A stretch of 64,000 nt of DNA from Candidatus Sericytochromatia bacterium (GCA_036676985.1 JAKFBU010000067.1:15706-79705); one strand, 5' to 3'; shown: positions 48,132 to 57,656, counted from the stretch's first letter. The notes: a model not told the origin generated them from the sequence alone. Translations and numbers: made by a program.

Positions 48132-49097
48132 GTGCGCCTACCAACCATAGTCCTCAGCTTCAGCCTGATGGCGGCCTCGGTCGCGATCGCAGGGTGTCCA
48201 GGCTTCCCGATTCCCGGGCAGTCCCCGGCGCCCTCGGACCCGACCAAGCAGTTCAACGTGGACGTCGAGAAGCAGGAGCTCAACCAGCTCATCGACTCGG
48301 AGTCGGTGCGCCCCTACTTCGACCCGTCCAAGCTCATCAACGACGGCGTGGGCATCTTCGCGAGCGAGGACGATGGGATCGACCTGTTGCCCCGCCGCTG
48401 GGGCCGCAGCTATCCCAAGGCGGTGCAGGGCACCGGCCCGCGCATCGTCGACCAGATGGCCATCGACTTCCGGACGGATCAGCACGCGATCCTCACGGCG
48501 GAGGCCACTTTCTCGGTCACGCGCTCGGCCCGCTTCATGGCGGACTTCGCCTGGCAGAAGCGACTCGTCACCAAGTCCTACGACGAGGCCGCCGAGCGTA
48601 CGGCGCGCTTCGTCAAGCAGGGCGGCCAGTGGAGACTGGTCTCCCTGTCGCCCATGACCCTGGGCACTCAACCTGCGGGCAAGCTCAGCCTGGACCTGGT
48701 CAAGCTCAAGGTCGACGGAGCGCCGTCGCTGCTCCTTCGCAGCGGCCAGCTCCTCGAGGCCTCGGAGGCGCCCATGGTCAAGCAGGGCCAGGCCGCCACC
48801 GTGGAGGTGCACGCGACCTATTCGGGCACCTCGAGCGAGCAGCCACCGTACTATCTCTTCTTGTCGCTGCCCCCAGGGCGCGATCGCCTGCTGTTGCATG
48901 ACGACGGCCAGGGCGGAGACGCGCTCGCGGGCGACGGCGTCTACTCGACGTCCTTCCACTTCCCCGCCACCACGGGGATCCACCACCTGGTGATCGACGC
49001 CGTCTCGAGCGCCACCTTCACCGATCTCGGCAGCAACGCTTACGATGCCTCGCTGTGGGGCATCAGCTACCTCGTCCAAGGGGGTGATGCGCAATGA
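48132..49097 (+). CDS. Lipoprotein with choice-of-anchor X-like domain
   Basis: Lipobox IAGC; LHDDGQGGDALAGDGVYS. Confidence 0.75.
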   Translation: MRLPTIVLSFSLMAASVAIAGCPGFPIPGQSPAPSDPTKQFNVDVEKQELNQLIDSESVRPYFDPSKLINDGVGIFASEDDGIDLLPRRWGRSYPKAVQGTGPRIVDQMAIDFRTDQHAILTAEATFSVTRSARFMADFAWQKRLVTKSYDEAAERTARFVKQGGQWRLVSLSPMTLGTQPAGKLSLDLVKLKVDGAPSLLLRSGQLLEASEAPMVKQGQAATVEVHATYSGTSSEQPPYYLFLSLPPGRDRLLLHDDGQGGDALAGDGVYSTSFHFPATTGIHHLVIDAVSSATFTDLGSNAYDASLWGISYLVQGGDAQ

Positions 49098-50164
49098 GGG
49101 CCCAGGCTTTGAAATACGTCGGGTTGGCGGCCCTCCTCGCGCTCACGTCGGGCTGCACCGCCATGTCGCCCGCGAGCGCCGATTGGTTCTCGGACGGCCT
49201 TACGGGTACCTCGCTCGTCGGCAGGGCTCCTGTCCAGGCGGGAGGCGGCAACACGTCTGGCTCGACGTCCAATCCCGCCGTCAGCGGCGCGACCATCGCC
49301 CTCTACCAGACGGCCATCGGCCCCATCGCCTGGAAAGGCGTGCAACTGGCGCGCATGCAGGCCTCCGGCACCAACCTCCTGTGGCAGGCGCCGCCCGATC
49401 GGAACAACCAGGCCCTCGCCATCCCGGAAGAGGGCCGCGGCTGGGCCGTGGGCTACGGCGTGGCCCGCTATCAGTCGGGTGCCTGGAGCGCGGAGCCGAC
49501 CGACGTGGACTCGGTCGCGAGCCCGACCGCCCCGTCGGCACAGCGCGTGCTCTTGACCGACGTGAGCTTCGCGCCCGGCTCGACCACCGACGGCTATGCC
49601 GTGGGCACCCGCGGCACCATCCTCAAGTACAACGCGCTGACCAAGCGCTGGGCCAAGGTGACGGTCGACGCTGCCGCGAGCAAGCAGCTCGGCACCGTCA
49701 AGGTGCTCGCTCCGAACGACGTGTGGGTCGCAGGCGAAGTGCTCCTGCACTTCGACGGCACGACCTGGACCCAGGTCACGGACGTGCCCGGCGAGATCTC
49801 GGGGCTCGCGGCCCTCGCCGCGGACAACGTCTGGGCTTCCACCGGCAGTGGCCTCTTCCAATGGAACGGCGCGAGCTGGACCCAGAAGTTCGCCCCCACG
49901 GGCGGCCTGGTGGGAGCTCCCCAGCTCGCCTCCTTTGGGGGCACGGTCGTCGGCCTCGCCGTCGAGCCGGGAGTGCCCAGCGGCGCGGTCTTCACGTACC
50001 GCGACGGGGAGTGGCGGACGGAGACTGTGACGGTGCCCGCGGACATCGGCCTGGACACCGTCGTGCTCGCGAGCCAGACCACGGCCTACGCCAAGACCTA
50101 CGACAACTCGGGCGTGTATCGCTTCGACCTGTCGACCAAGCTCTGGTCCCTTTACTCGGAATAG
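49094..50164 (+). CDS. Beta-propeller-like lipoprotein
   Basis: Lipobox TSGC; repeats GWAVG, GYAVG..GTILKYN, DVWVAG..LLHFDGTTW, NVWAS..GLFQWNGASW; ATGA coupling. Confidence 0.8.
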   Translation: MRAQALKYVGLAALLALTSGCTAMSPASADWFSDGLTGTSLVGRAPVQAGGGNTSGSTSNPAVSGATIALYQTAIGPIAWKGVQLARMQASGTNLLWQAPPDRNNQALAIPEEGRGWAVGYGVARYQSGAWSAEPTDVDSVASPTAPSAQRVLLTDVSFAPGSTTDGYAVGTRGTILKYNALTKRWAKVTVDAAASKQLGTVKVLAPNDVWVAGEVLLHFDGTTWTQVTDVPGEISGLAALAADNVWASTGSGLFQWNGASWTQKFAPTGGLVGAPQLASFGGTVVGLAVEPGVPSGAVFTYRDGEWRTETVTVPADIGLDTVVLASQTTAYAKTYDNSGVYRFDLSTKLWSLYSE

Positions 50165-50175
50165 CCAAACGTCAG

Positions 50176-50200
50176 GCGGCCCGGGCATAGCCCGGGCCGC
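50176..50200. terminator. Stem-loop between convergent genes
   Basis: gcggcccgggc-ata-gcccgggccgc. Confidence 0.7.
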
Positions 50201-50206
50201 TTGCTA

Positions 50207-50398
50207 TTATCGGTTCGGGTCCGTCACGTCGCGAACCGCGTCCTTGACGTTGCCCCAGGCCTCGCGCGTCTTGCCCTTGGCCTGTTCCATCTTGCCGCGC
50301 TGCTCTTCGCTCCGGTCTCCGGCGAGTTCGCCCTTGAACTCGGTCCACTCGCCTTTGGCCTGCTCGAGTTTACCCTTGACTTGGTCCTTGTCGGCCAT
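50207..50398 (-). CDS. CsbD family general stress protein
   Basis: DQVKGKLEQAKG...GELAGD...GKMEQAKGK.REAWGNVKDAV; GGAGGAGG RBS. Confidence 0.88.
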   Translation of the reverse strand: MADKDQVKGKLEQAKGEWTEFKGELAGDRSEEQRGKMEQAKGKTREAWGNVKDAVRDVTDPNR

Positions 50399-50499
50399 TG
50401 CTTCCTCCTCCCCCCGGGACCCGCATGCGGGTCGCGCTTCCCATGGTGGGAAGTCAGGATACCTCCGACTATGGCCAAACTGGAGAGGCGAGGGGGAAT

Positions 50500-50781
50500 T
50501 TAGAGCGGAATCTCCATCTGCTTGAGCCGGGAGAACATCTCGTTGAGCTCGTCGAGCTGCGCCTCCAGGGCCCTCAGGTCACGCGCCTCGGCGTGCTTCT
50601 CGAGCCGGCGGGCCATGGCCTTGCAGAGCTCGGCCATCTTGCGGCGCAGGTTGAGCCCCTCCTCGATGAGCTCGTACTCGTTCTTGGTTTCCTTCTCCGG
50701 CGTCGCACCGAGGAGCTCTTCGAGGCTCTTGGCCTTGAACTCCCCCTTCTTGAACTTCAGAAACTCATCGGACTTGTCCAT
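50500..50781 (-). CDS. Small charged coiled-coil protein (93 aa)
   Basis: AGGAG RBS inside the PurD-like gene end, 17-nt overlap; host-like codon usage. Confidence 0.75.
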   Translation of the reverse strand: MDKSDEFLKFKKGEFKAKSLEELLGATPEKETKNEYELIEEGLNLRRKMAELCKAMARRLEKHAEARDLRALEAQLDELNEMFSRLKQMEIPL

Positions 50782-52111
50782 GGCGGCTCTCCTGGTCGCT
50801 GTTCCGGCCCGTCGCCTGGCTGCCCACGTCGCGGCGGACGTGCGGTCCGCCGCCCTCGAAGGCGATCCGGTCGATGGCCATGTAGGCCTGACGCTGGGCC
50901 TCGTGCACGGTCGCGCCGCGCGCCACGACGTTGAGCACGCGCCCTCCTGCCGTCACGAGCCCGCCGGGACGGCGGCGCGTGTGGGCATGGAAGACGGTGG
51001 CCTGCGGGATCCGCATGGCCGCCTCCATTCCGTAGATGCGCCGCTCGGTTTGGGCGGGGCCGGGGTATCCGGGGGAGGCGCCCACCACGCAGAGGTAGCA
51101 GGCATCGTCGAACGCGAGCGGCAACTGGTCCAGCCGGCCGTCCAGGCAGGCTTCGAGGACGTCCACCAGGTCCGTCTGGAGGGCGGGCAGCGTGACCTGC
51201 GCCTCCGGATCGCCGAACCGGCAGTTGTACTCGAGCACCATGGGCCCCTCGTCGGTGACCATGATACCGACGAAGAGCACTCCCGGATAGCCCAGCCCCT
51301 CTGCGGCCAGGCCCCGGATCGTCGGCTCCAGGATCTCGCGGCTGATGCGCGCCGCTAGCGATGCGTCCACCAGCCCCGCCGGGGCATAGGCCCCCATGCC
51401 CTCGGTGTTCGGACCCCGGTTGCCCTCGAAGAGCGCCTTGTGATCCTGGGCGGCGGGCAAGAGGCGGAAGTGCGTCCCGTCCACGAAGGCCAGGATCGAG
51501 GCCTCGGGGCCCACGAGGCGCTCCTCGAGGATGACGCGCCGACCGGCCGAACCGTAGCGGTCCTCGACGAGCGATCGCTCGATCTCTTGGAGCGCCTCGT
51601 CGGGCGTGTCGGCCACCACCACGCTCTGGACCTCGGCGAGCCCGTCGGTCTTGACCACCATGCCCAGGGCGGGCCACGAGCGGCGGATGTAGGCCCGGGC
51701 CGCCTCCAGCTCTTCGAAGACCTCGTAGCGGGCCGTCGGGATGCCGTGCCGGCGCATGAAGGCTTTCGAGAACACCTTGCTGCCCTCGATCACGGCCTGT
51801 GCGGCGCCCGGCCCGAAGACCCGCAGCCCCGCGTCGCGGCATCGATCGGCCAGCCCGTTGATGAGGGGCTCGGAGGGCCCGATCACCACGAGGTCGACGC
51901 CGTGCGCGAGGGCCGCCCGGACCAGGGTCTCGTGATCGCCCGGCTCGTGGGGGAGGTTGGTGCAGAAGGCCTCGGTGCCGGCGTTGCCCGGCGCGCAGTA
52001 GAGGCGCTCGACCCGCGGTGAGGCGGCGAGCTTCCAGGCGATGGCATGCTCGCGGCCGCCGCCTCCGACGACGAGGACCTTCAGGCCCTCGGGGGTGTGT
52101 TGGGTGGTCAT
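50765..52111 (-). CDS. purD: Phosphoribosylamine-glycine ligase homolog, divergent at catalytic loops
   Basis: GGGGREHA, APGNAG, EGSK, QDHK, EYNCRFGDPE, GGRVL; but GPSEPL, KTDGLAEVQSV, HKA, NTEGMG, FHAHT. Confidence 0.8.
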   Translation of the reverse strand: MTTQHTPEGLKVLVVGGGGREHAIAWKLAASPRVERLYCAPGNAGTEAFCTNLPHEPGDHETLVRAALAHGVDLVVIGPSEPLINGLADRCRDAGLRVFGPGAAQAVIEGSKVFSKAFMRRHGIPTARYEVFEELEAARAYIRRSWPALGMVVKTDGLAEVQSVVVADTPDEALQEIERSLVEDRYGSAGRRVILEERLVGPEASILAFVDGTHFRLLPAAQDHKALFEGNRGPNTEGMGAYAPAGLVDASLAARISREILEPTIRGLAAEGLGYPGVLFVGIMVTDEGPMVLEYNCRFGDPEAQVTLPALQTDLVDVLEACLDGRLDQLPLAFDDACYLCVVGASPGYPGPAQTERRIYGMEAAMRIPQATVFHAHTRRRPGGLVTAGGRVLNVVARGATVHEAQRQAYMAIDRIAFEGGGPHVRRDVGSQATGRNSDQESRHGQVR

Positions 52112-52187
52112 GACGACGCTCCTGTGGGTGAGCCCCCGGGGGCCGTCCGCGTCGCTGGAGACGGCCGCTTCATCGTCCGAGGGAGGG

Positions 52188-53354
52188 TTAGAGGTGGGAG
52201 AACCGGCGATCGAAGTCCCGGATCCGGCTCAGGAGGACCTCGGGGTCGTCCGAACGGACGATGAGGCCCGGCACGTAGGGGTCCGGAGAGCGCCAGACGA
52301 TGTGGGGATCGTCGAAGGACGAGAGGTCCGTGGGCCCGCGCTTGGCGACGGTGGCGACGATGCCGGCGTAGCCGTCACGGGCCCTTGCGACCTGGTGGTC
52401 GTCGAGGGCCTCGAGGCTCGCCCACTCGCGGTGGAGGCTGACGCCCGTGGCCTGCTCGATGACCCAGGGGATGCGGGCGGCGGCCATGCGGCTCGCGCCT
52501 TCGAGGAAGTACACCTCTTGGTCGTGCGCACCGACGATGAACTCGATGTGCGTGATGCCGCGCCGGAAGCCGAAGCCCTGGATGATGCGGCGGTTGGCCT
52601 CCAGGAGCCGCTCGGAGAGGTCGCTCTTGCGCTCGATGGTGTAGCTGACGAAGTTGCCGCCCTGCACCACGTCCAGCAGGGGCAGGCCGTAGCGCGAGGC
52701 GATCGCGAAGCGCGGCTCCCCGTCCTGCGTGACGGCGTCCACGTGGAAGACGTCGCCCGCCACGAACTGCTCGATGAGGTAGCGCTCGGCCTGGTTGCCG
52801 AGGGCGTCGATCGCCCGCCAGGCACTCTCACGGTCGGGCAGGCGGGTGAGGTTGGACGCGCCGAGGCCGTCCCGGATCTTGAGGATGTAGGGGGCCGGCA
52901 CGCGGTCGAACATGAGGCCCACGGCCGCGCGGTCGGCCGCCGCCGCGAAGTAGGGGACCCGCACGTCGCACGAGAGCGCGTGCAAGCGCATCGCGAGCTT
53001 GTCGCGGAAGAGGTTGGCCTGCCAGCACGGCTGGCCCGGAATCCCCAGGCGCTCGCGGATGGCGGCGGCGACCTCCACGTCGCGCTCCAAGAGGGCGACG
53101 ACCCGGTCCAGCCGCTCGCGCCGGGCGAGCTCGGTGGCCACGTGGAGGGCCCCGTGCCGGTCGTCCATGTTCCAGACGGTGACGACGCCGGAGACGCCCT
53201 CGGGCCAGGCGGCCTCGCGTTCGGCGTCCTCGGTGAGCACGTACACCCGGCAGCCTAGCTGCAGGGCCTCCTGGATGAACTGCCGGCCGGCCCGCTTTCG
53301 GGCCACGCACAGCAGGGCGCGATCGCTCCGGGGCGATGCCGCACGCTCGCTCAT
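52188..53354 (-). CDS. ATP-grasp domain protein
   Basis: FRDKLAMR, PYILK, YLIEQFVAGDVFHVD, ITHIEF, YFLE..SR; GGAGGAGG RBS. Confidence 0.88.
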   Translation of the reverse strand: MSERAASPRSDRALLCVARKRAGRQFIQEALQLGCRVYVLTEDAEREAAWPEGVSGVVTVWNMDDRHGALHVATELARRERLDRVVALLERDVEVAAAIRERLGIPGQPCWQANLFRDKLAMRLHALSCDVRVPYFAAAADRAAVGLMFDRVPAPYILKIRDGLGASNLTRLPDRESAWRAIDALGNQAERYLIEQFVAGDVFHVDAVTQDGEPRFAIASRYGLPLLDVVQGGNFVSYTIERKSDLSERLLEANRRIIQGFGFRRGITHIEFIVGAHDQEVYFLEGASRMAAARIPWVIEQATGVSLHREWASLEALDDHQVARARDGYAGIVATVAKRGPTDLSSFDDPHIVWRSPDPYVPGLIVRSDDPEVLLSRIRDFDRRFSHL

Positions 53355-53388
53355 GCCTCCTCCAATCGAATAGAGAAAAGTTCGTTAA

Positions 53389-53397
53389 ATTATATCA
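53389..53397 (-). promoter_or_regulatory. Consensus extended -10 promoter for the ATP-grasp operon
   Basis: TG-A-TATAAT in an AT-rich stretch 35 nt upstream of the ATG. Confidence 0.65.
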
Positions 53398-53502
53398 AGA
53401 AAACGAGGGTCCGGGGAAGCCGGTCGGTCGGAGCAGAGGCTCGGTCCCGGCCTTGTGCGCCGCGACGAGGCGGAGGCCGGTGCCGATCGCTACACTGGAG
53501 GG

Positions 53503-54285
53503 ATGATGGACGTACGATTGGTGACCATCAATCTGTCCGGGGTGAGCGACGGCTGGTTCGAAGGGCGTCGGGAGACCCTCGTCACGGGCCTGCGCGCCCT
53601 CGAGGTCGATCTCGTGTGCTTGCAGGAGGTCTCTTCCCGCGGGGCGCCCTACCCCTACGACCAGGTGCAGGACCTCTCGGATCGTCTGGAGCTGCCCTTC
53701 GCCTGCTTCTCGCCCTACGGCAACCCGGAGGAGATCGTCAGCCGCGAGCGGGGCGGCATCGCCATCCTCTCCCGCTGGCCCTTTCGCATGGTCGAGACCT
53801 TGCCCCTGCCTCCCGGGCGCACGGCGCCGGACGCCCGGGTGGCCGCTCTGGTGTCGCTCACGCACCCGCAGGGCGATCTGCACGTGCTCACGACCCACCT
53901 CTCGTGGCCCCTGGACGACCACGACATCCGGCTGGATCAGACGCGCTACCTCATGGCCCGGGTCCGCGACCTCGGCTGGGAGCGGGCGGGGGCCCGCTTC
54001 GTGCTCGCGGGCGACCTCAACGCCGTGGAGACCGAGCCCTGCATCATGCTCCTGACCGAGCACCTGGCGGACGCCTACCGGCATCGCCATCCCGACTCCT
54101 CCGGGCTCACGTGGTCCCACGAGAACCCGCTCGTCTGGTATCAGGCGCCCGATCGCCGGGTGGACTACCTCTTCGCGGACCGGCGGGCCGAGGTCGTCGC
54201 GGCGGACGTGGTGCTGACCGAGCCCGCGTTTCCCGCCTCGGATCACTACGGAGTGTTCGGGCATTTCCGGTGGACGGTCGGCTGA
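53503..54285 (+). CDS. Endonuclease/exonuclease/phosphatase family protein
   Basis: LVTIN, DLVCLQEV, AILSRWP, TTHL, AGDLN, RVDYLF, SDHYGV. Confidence 0.92.
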   Translation: MMDVRLVTINLSGVSDGWFEGRRETLVTGLRALEVDLVCLQEVSSRGAPYPYDQVQDLSDRLELPFACFSPYGNPEEIVSRERGGIAILSRWPFRMVETLPLPPGRTAPDARVAALVSLTHPQGDLHVLTTHLSWPLDDHDIRLDQTRYLMARVRDLGWERAGARFVLAGDLNAVETEPCIMLLTEHLADAYRHRHPDSSGLTWSHENPLVWYQAPDRRVDYLFADRRAEVVAADVVLTEPAFPASDHYGVFGHFRWTVG

Positions 54286-54302
54286 TCCTCTATAATGACG
54301 CC

Positions 54303-54656
54303 ATGGACCCCGTACGCATGATGATAGAAGTCCCCGGCGATCTCGAAGCCATCCGTCGCTTCCTGCTGCGCATGGCCCCCCGCCTCGAGCAGCGCCAGCC
54401 CGGCGTCACCGCGCAGATCCAGCAGGCCGATCTCACGCAGCCCCTGCGCATGGCCATGCCCAAGGGCGAGCTCCTGACGGTCAACCTGGAGGCCCGCGGC
54501 GAGCGCGCGGCCATCAAGGTCGCCATCCAGCCGCCCACGCGGCCCATGGGCAAGCTGCGCGCCGCATGGTGGCGCTGGTGGGCCCGCCGCATGCTGGGCT
54601 GGATCCTCAAGTGGATCCGAAAGTCGATCGCCCAGGAAAAGCCGCCGCAGGCCTAG
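54303..54656 (+). CDS. Hypothetical protein with basic Trp-rich C-terminal helix
   Basis: ATG just after a TATAAT; host-like codon usage; AWWRWWARRMLGWILKWIRK. Confidence 0.6.
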   Translation: MDPVRMMIEVPGDLEAIRRFLLRMAPRLEQRQPGVTAQIQQADLTQPLRMAMPKGELLTVNLEARGERAAIKVAIQPPTRPMGKLRAAWWRWWARRMLGWILKWIRKSIAQEKPPQA

Positions 54657-55519
54657 GCTCCGGGCGGCATCCCCATCCGGGCCCGCAGCGCGCGAAACTC
54701 CGCGGTGCGCGTGCCGTCCGCGTCTCGCAGCACCAGGGGCGGCTCGGCCCGGTAGGGAGCGGGGACCTCGTCGGGACGCGCCATGGCGGCCAGGCCGATG
54801 AGCGGCGGTCGCCCCTGTTTCGAGACCACGTCCCGGTAGCGATAAACGGCGAGCCCCGCACTCTGGGCGGCGGCTTCCAGGCGATCGCGCTGGCGCCCGT
54901 CGAAGACCACCACGAAGATCCCGCCCGGCGAGAGCAGGTGGGCTGCAGCCGCGCAGTACTCCTCGACGCCGCCGCGCAACTCGAAGCGGCAGGGGCCCTT
55001 TTGCGGGCCCTCGCTGAGGGTGCCGTCGGCAGGATCCCAGTAGGGCGGGCTGCCCGTGATGAGGTCGAAGGTCGGAAGCCCCGAAAGGCCCTCCCGCAGG
55101 TCCCCCTCGCGGTAGGTCACGCGCTGGGCGACCCCGTTGTACCGGGCGGTCCGGCGCGCGAGCGCGAGGCTCTCGGGCTGGGCCTCGATGCCCGTCAGGT
55201 GCAAGTCGGGCAGGGCCCAGAGCAGGAACATGCCGACCGACCCGATTCCCGTGCCCAGATCCAGGGCGCGATCGACGGTGAGGTCCAGTTGGCGCAGCGT
55301 GTCCAGGGCGAACCATGCGCCCAAGAGGTCGTCGGTCGAGTAGCGATGGCCCCCGCGCAGCTGGAAGATCCGCCAGTGGCCGGCAAAGGCATCCAAGGAC
55401 TCGCCGGGGCCGGGCTGCAGGTCGGGCTGCCCCTGGTCACCCATGGGCATGGGCCCGGGCGGCTCCCAGCCGGTGCGGGCCCGCTCCTGGCGGCGGCGCT
55501 GGCGCTCGTCGAGCGGCAT
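54653..55519 (-). CDS. SAM-dependent methyltransferase, TrmN6/YfiC-like
   Basis: GHRYSTDDLL, ALDLGTGIGS, GIEAQ, ITGSPPYW. Confidence 0.8.
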   Translation of the reverse strand: MPLDERQRRRQERARTGWEPPGPMPMGDQGQPDLQPGPGESLDAFAGHWRIFQLRGGHRYSTDDLLGAWFALDTLRQLDLTVDRALDLGTGIGSVGMFLLWALPDLHLTGIEAQPESLALARRTARYNGVAQRVTYREGDLREGLSGLPTFDLITGSPPYWDPADGTLSEGPQKGPCRFELRGGVEEYCAAAAHLLSPGGIFVVVFDGRQRDRLEAAAQSAGLAVYRYRDVVSKQGRPPLIGLAAMARPDEVPAPYRAEPPLVLRDADGTRTAEFRALRARMGMPPGA

Positions 55520-55533
55520 GGGGTCTCGGTCGT

Positions 55534-55959
55534 CTAGCGGGCCTTGGCGCCCACGGGCTTGGGAATGCTCGTGAGGTTCAGGAGGTCGTCGAGCTCGAGA
55601 GGGGCGCGCTTGACCCACTGTTTGAGCTTGAGGAGCCAGAGCGTCGTCTTGCGCGGTTTGAACTCCATGGTGACCTTGGTGCGGCCCTTCTCCTTGGAGA
55701 CTTCCTGGACGATGCTCTCGTAGGGCCCCTTGGTCATCTCCGTGATGGCCTTCTTCGAGGGGAAGAAGGTGATCTTCTCCTGGAACTTGCGACCCCGGTT
55801 GGGCTTGATCTCGCGAACGAGGTAATTCTTCTTGCGCTCGATGACGCTGATCGACATCTTTTGCCCCTTGGGGGCCTTGGGATGCTCGATCTGATCCTTG
55901 ATGGCCCGCCAGACCTGGTCATGGGGGGCGTCGAGCCAGATCGTGTACTTGAACTCCAT
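55534..55959 (-). CDS. SRPBCC/START-fold protein
   Basis: WLDAPHDQVWRAI N-terminus, GRTKVT strand, C-terminal helix; GGAGG RBS. Confidence 0.65.
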   Translation of the reverse strand: MEFKYTIWLDAPHDQVWRAIKDQIEHPKAPKGQKMSISVIERKKNYLVREIKPNRGRKFQEKITFFPSKKAITEMTKGPYESIVQEVSKEKGRTKVTMEFKPRKTTLWLLKLKQWVKRAPLELDDLLNLTSIPKPVGAKAR

Positions 55960-55996
55960 TGAACTCACAACCTCCAAGAGCCCGCGCAGCGTCGGC

Positions 55997-56581
55997 TCAT
56001 CCCTTGATTCTATCAGCTAATCGAGGGGGCGCAATTCCTTGGTCGCTCGATTCGAGCGGTACTGCCCGGCGCCAATCCCGATGCCTGCCCCGCGAGCGCT
56101 CGACGAGCAGCCCGAGCGCCACGCCCCAGACGACATGGGCGGCGATCATCATGGCGTTGCGCTCGATTGGTTGCCGCGTCGCCGGCCGCATGAGCCCGAG
56201 CGAAGGGACCCAGCCGAGGTAGCTGGCCGCCCAGACGGCCAGCCCGAAGAGCGCGCCGCTCAGGGCCGGCGGCGCCGGCAAGGCGCGCTGCCAGAGCGCG
56301 AAGAGGCTGCCCGTGATCGCCCCATAGCCGAAGTGACCCGCCGCCGTCAGGGCCCGGCGCCCCGGCGGGCCCAGCCGCTCCGGCAGACCCGTCGGGCGGG
56401 TCAGCTCCATGGTCACGAGGTGCGGTGGCAGCGGCCGCGGACGCTCATCCGGGAGGGCCCGGTGCAGCCCCAGCATGACCGCCGACATGGGGAGGGTGGC
56501 CGCGAGCCCGGCGCTCGCGGCCGCGAGGGTATCGACGGCAAGGGCGACTCCGGGCGGTCGGCCGGCTGCTCGTTCGGACAT
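55997..56581 (-). CDS. DUF1440-like membrane protein
   Basis: AGLAATLPMS, HFGYGA, GALFGLAVWAASYLGWVP, AHVVWG. Confidence 0.75.
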   Translation of the reverse strand: MSERAAGRPPGVALAVDTLAAASAGLAATLPMSAVMLGLHRALPDERPRPLPPHLVTMELTRPTGLPERLGPPGRRALTAAGHFGYGAITGSLFALWQRALPAPPALSGALFGLAVWAASYLGWVPSLGLMRPATRQPIERNAMMIAAHVVWGVALGLLVERSRGRHRDWRRAVPLESSDQGIAPPRLADRIKG

Positions 56582-56646
56582 GGCACCACCTCCGGCACGA
56601 TTCTAGCCGACCCGTCGGAGCCTCCGCTTGGCCCTTCATTAAGGTG

Positions 56647-56683
56647 TGACCAAAGTGTGACCGCGCATGACCGTCCCATGACC
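56647..56683 (+). promoter_or_regulatory. Four phased TGACC direct repeats upstream of the desaturase
   Basis: TGACC at 56647, 56658, 56668, 56679 (11/10/11-bp spacing); the first two share GTGTGACC and the last two CATGACC. Confidence 0.65.
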
Positions 56684-56744
56684 GACTTCGCGCCCTCAGG
56701 GTGCTAACAATGGATCCGTTACGGACTGTAGGGGAGAGACAGGC

Positions 56745-57656
56745 ATGGGTATCATTCAGCGGAGCCTCGACTGGGGCCTCAAGGGCAACATCGATCGGGC
56801 CAAGGCGCCCGAGGAGGGCGGTTGGACGTTGCGGACGGTCAACATCCGCCAGCTCTTGAAATCGACCCCGATCAACCCGTGGGTGGTGCTGTTCCTGGGC
56901 ACGTCCCAGCTCCTGGGCGTGCTCGCCCTGACGCAGCCCTTCAAGCTGTCGTACGTGCCCGTCATGATCGCCATGTACCTGTGGCTCGGCTTCAGCGTCA
57001 CGTTCTACCTGCACCGCTACCTGACGCACAAGGGCTTCGAGACGGTGGGGCTCATCAAGTTCATCGGCGCCCTCGGCGCGGTGACGGGCCTGTCGGGGGA
57101 TCCCGTCGGCTGGGTGGGCGACCACCGGCACCACCACCGGGCGTCGGACCAGGAGAACGACCTCCACAGCCCGCGCCACCTCGGCTTCATGAACGCCCAC
57201 TGGGGTTGGATCTTCCATGACCTCACGGACTTCAGCGCCAAGACCCGCGAGCTCGCCAAGGACGTCCGCGTCTACTGGTACGCGCGGCTCTTCGAGAAGC
57301 CCGTCTTCATGATCCTGCCGCACCTGCTCACGGCCTTCGCCTTCTACCACTTCATGGGCTTCGCCGGCATGGTCTGGTGCTTCTACTTCCCGATCCTGAT
57401 CATGAACCATGCCACCTGGTGCATCAACTCGGTTTGCCACCTTCCCAGGCTCGGCTACAAGAACTTCGACATCGACGACGACTCGGTCAACGTGCCCCTC
57501 ATGGGCTTCTTCGCCCTGGGCGAGGGCTACCACAACAACCACCACGCCAACGGCCGCCGCGCGGCGCACGGCATCCACTGGTACGAGTTCGATCCCACCA
57601 AGTACCTCATTTGGATCCTCGAGCGCTGCAAGCTCGTCTGGAACGTGGCCTGGTAA
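56745..57656 (+). CDS. Membrane fatty acid desaturase (Delta-9 / acyl-CoA type)
   Basis: His boxes HRYLTH, HRHHH, HNNHH; DLHSP, AHWGW, INSVCH, GEGY, WYEFDPT. Confidence 0.94.
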   Translation: MGIIQRSLDWGLKGNIDRAKAPEEGGWTLRTVNIRQLLKSTPINPWVVLFLGTSQLLGVLALTQPFKLSYVPVMIAMYLWLGFSVTFYLHRYLTHKGFETVGLIKFIGALGAVTGLSGDPVGWVGDHRHHHRASDQENDLHSPRHLGFMNAHWGWIFHDLTDFSAKTRELAKDVRVYWYARLFEKPVFMILPHLLTAFAFYHFMGFAGMVWCFYFPILIMNHATWCINSVCHLPRLGYKNFDIDDDSVNVPLMGFFALGEGYHNNHHANGRRAAHGIHWYEFDPTKYLIWILERCKLVWNVAW

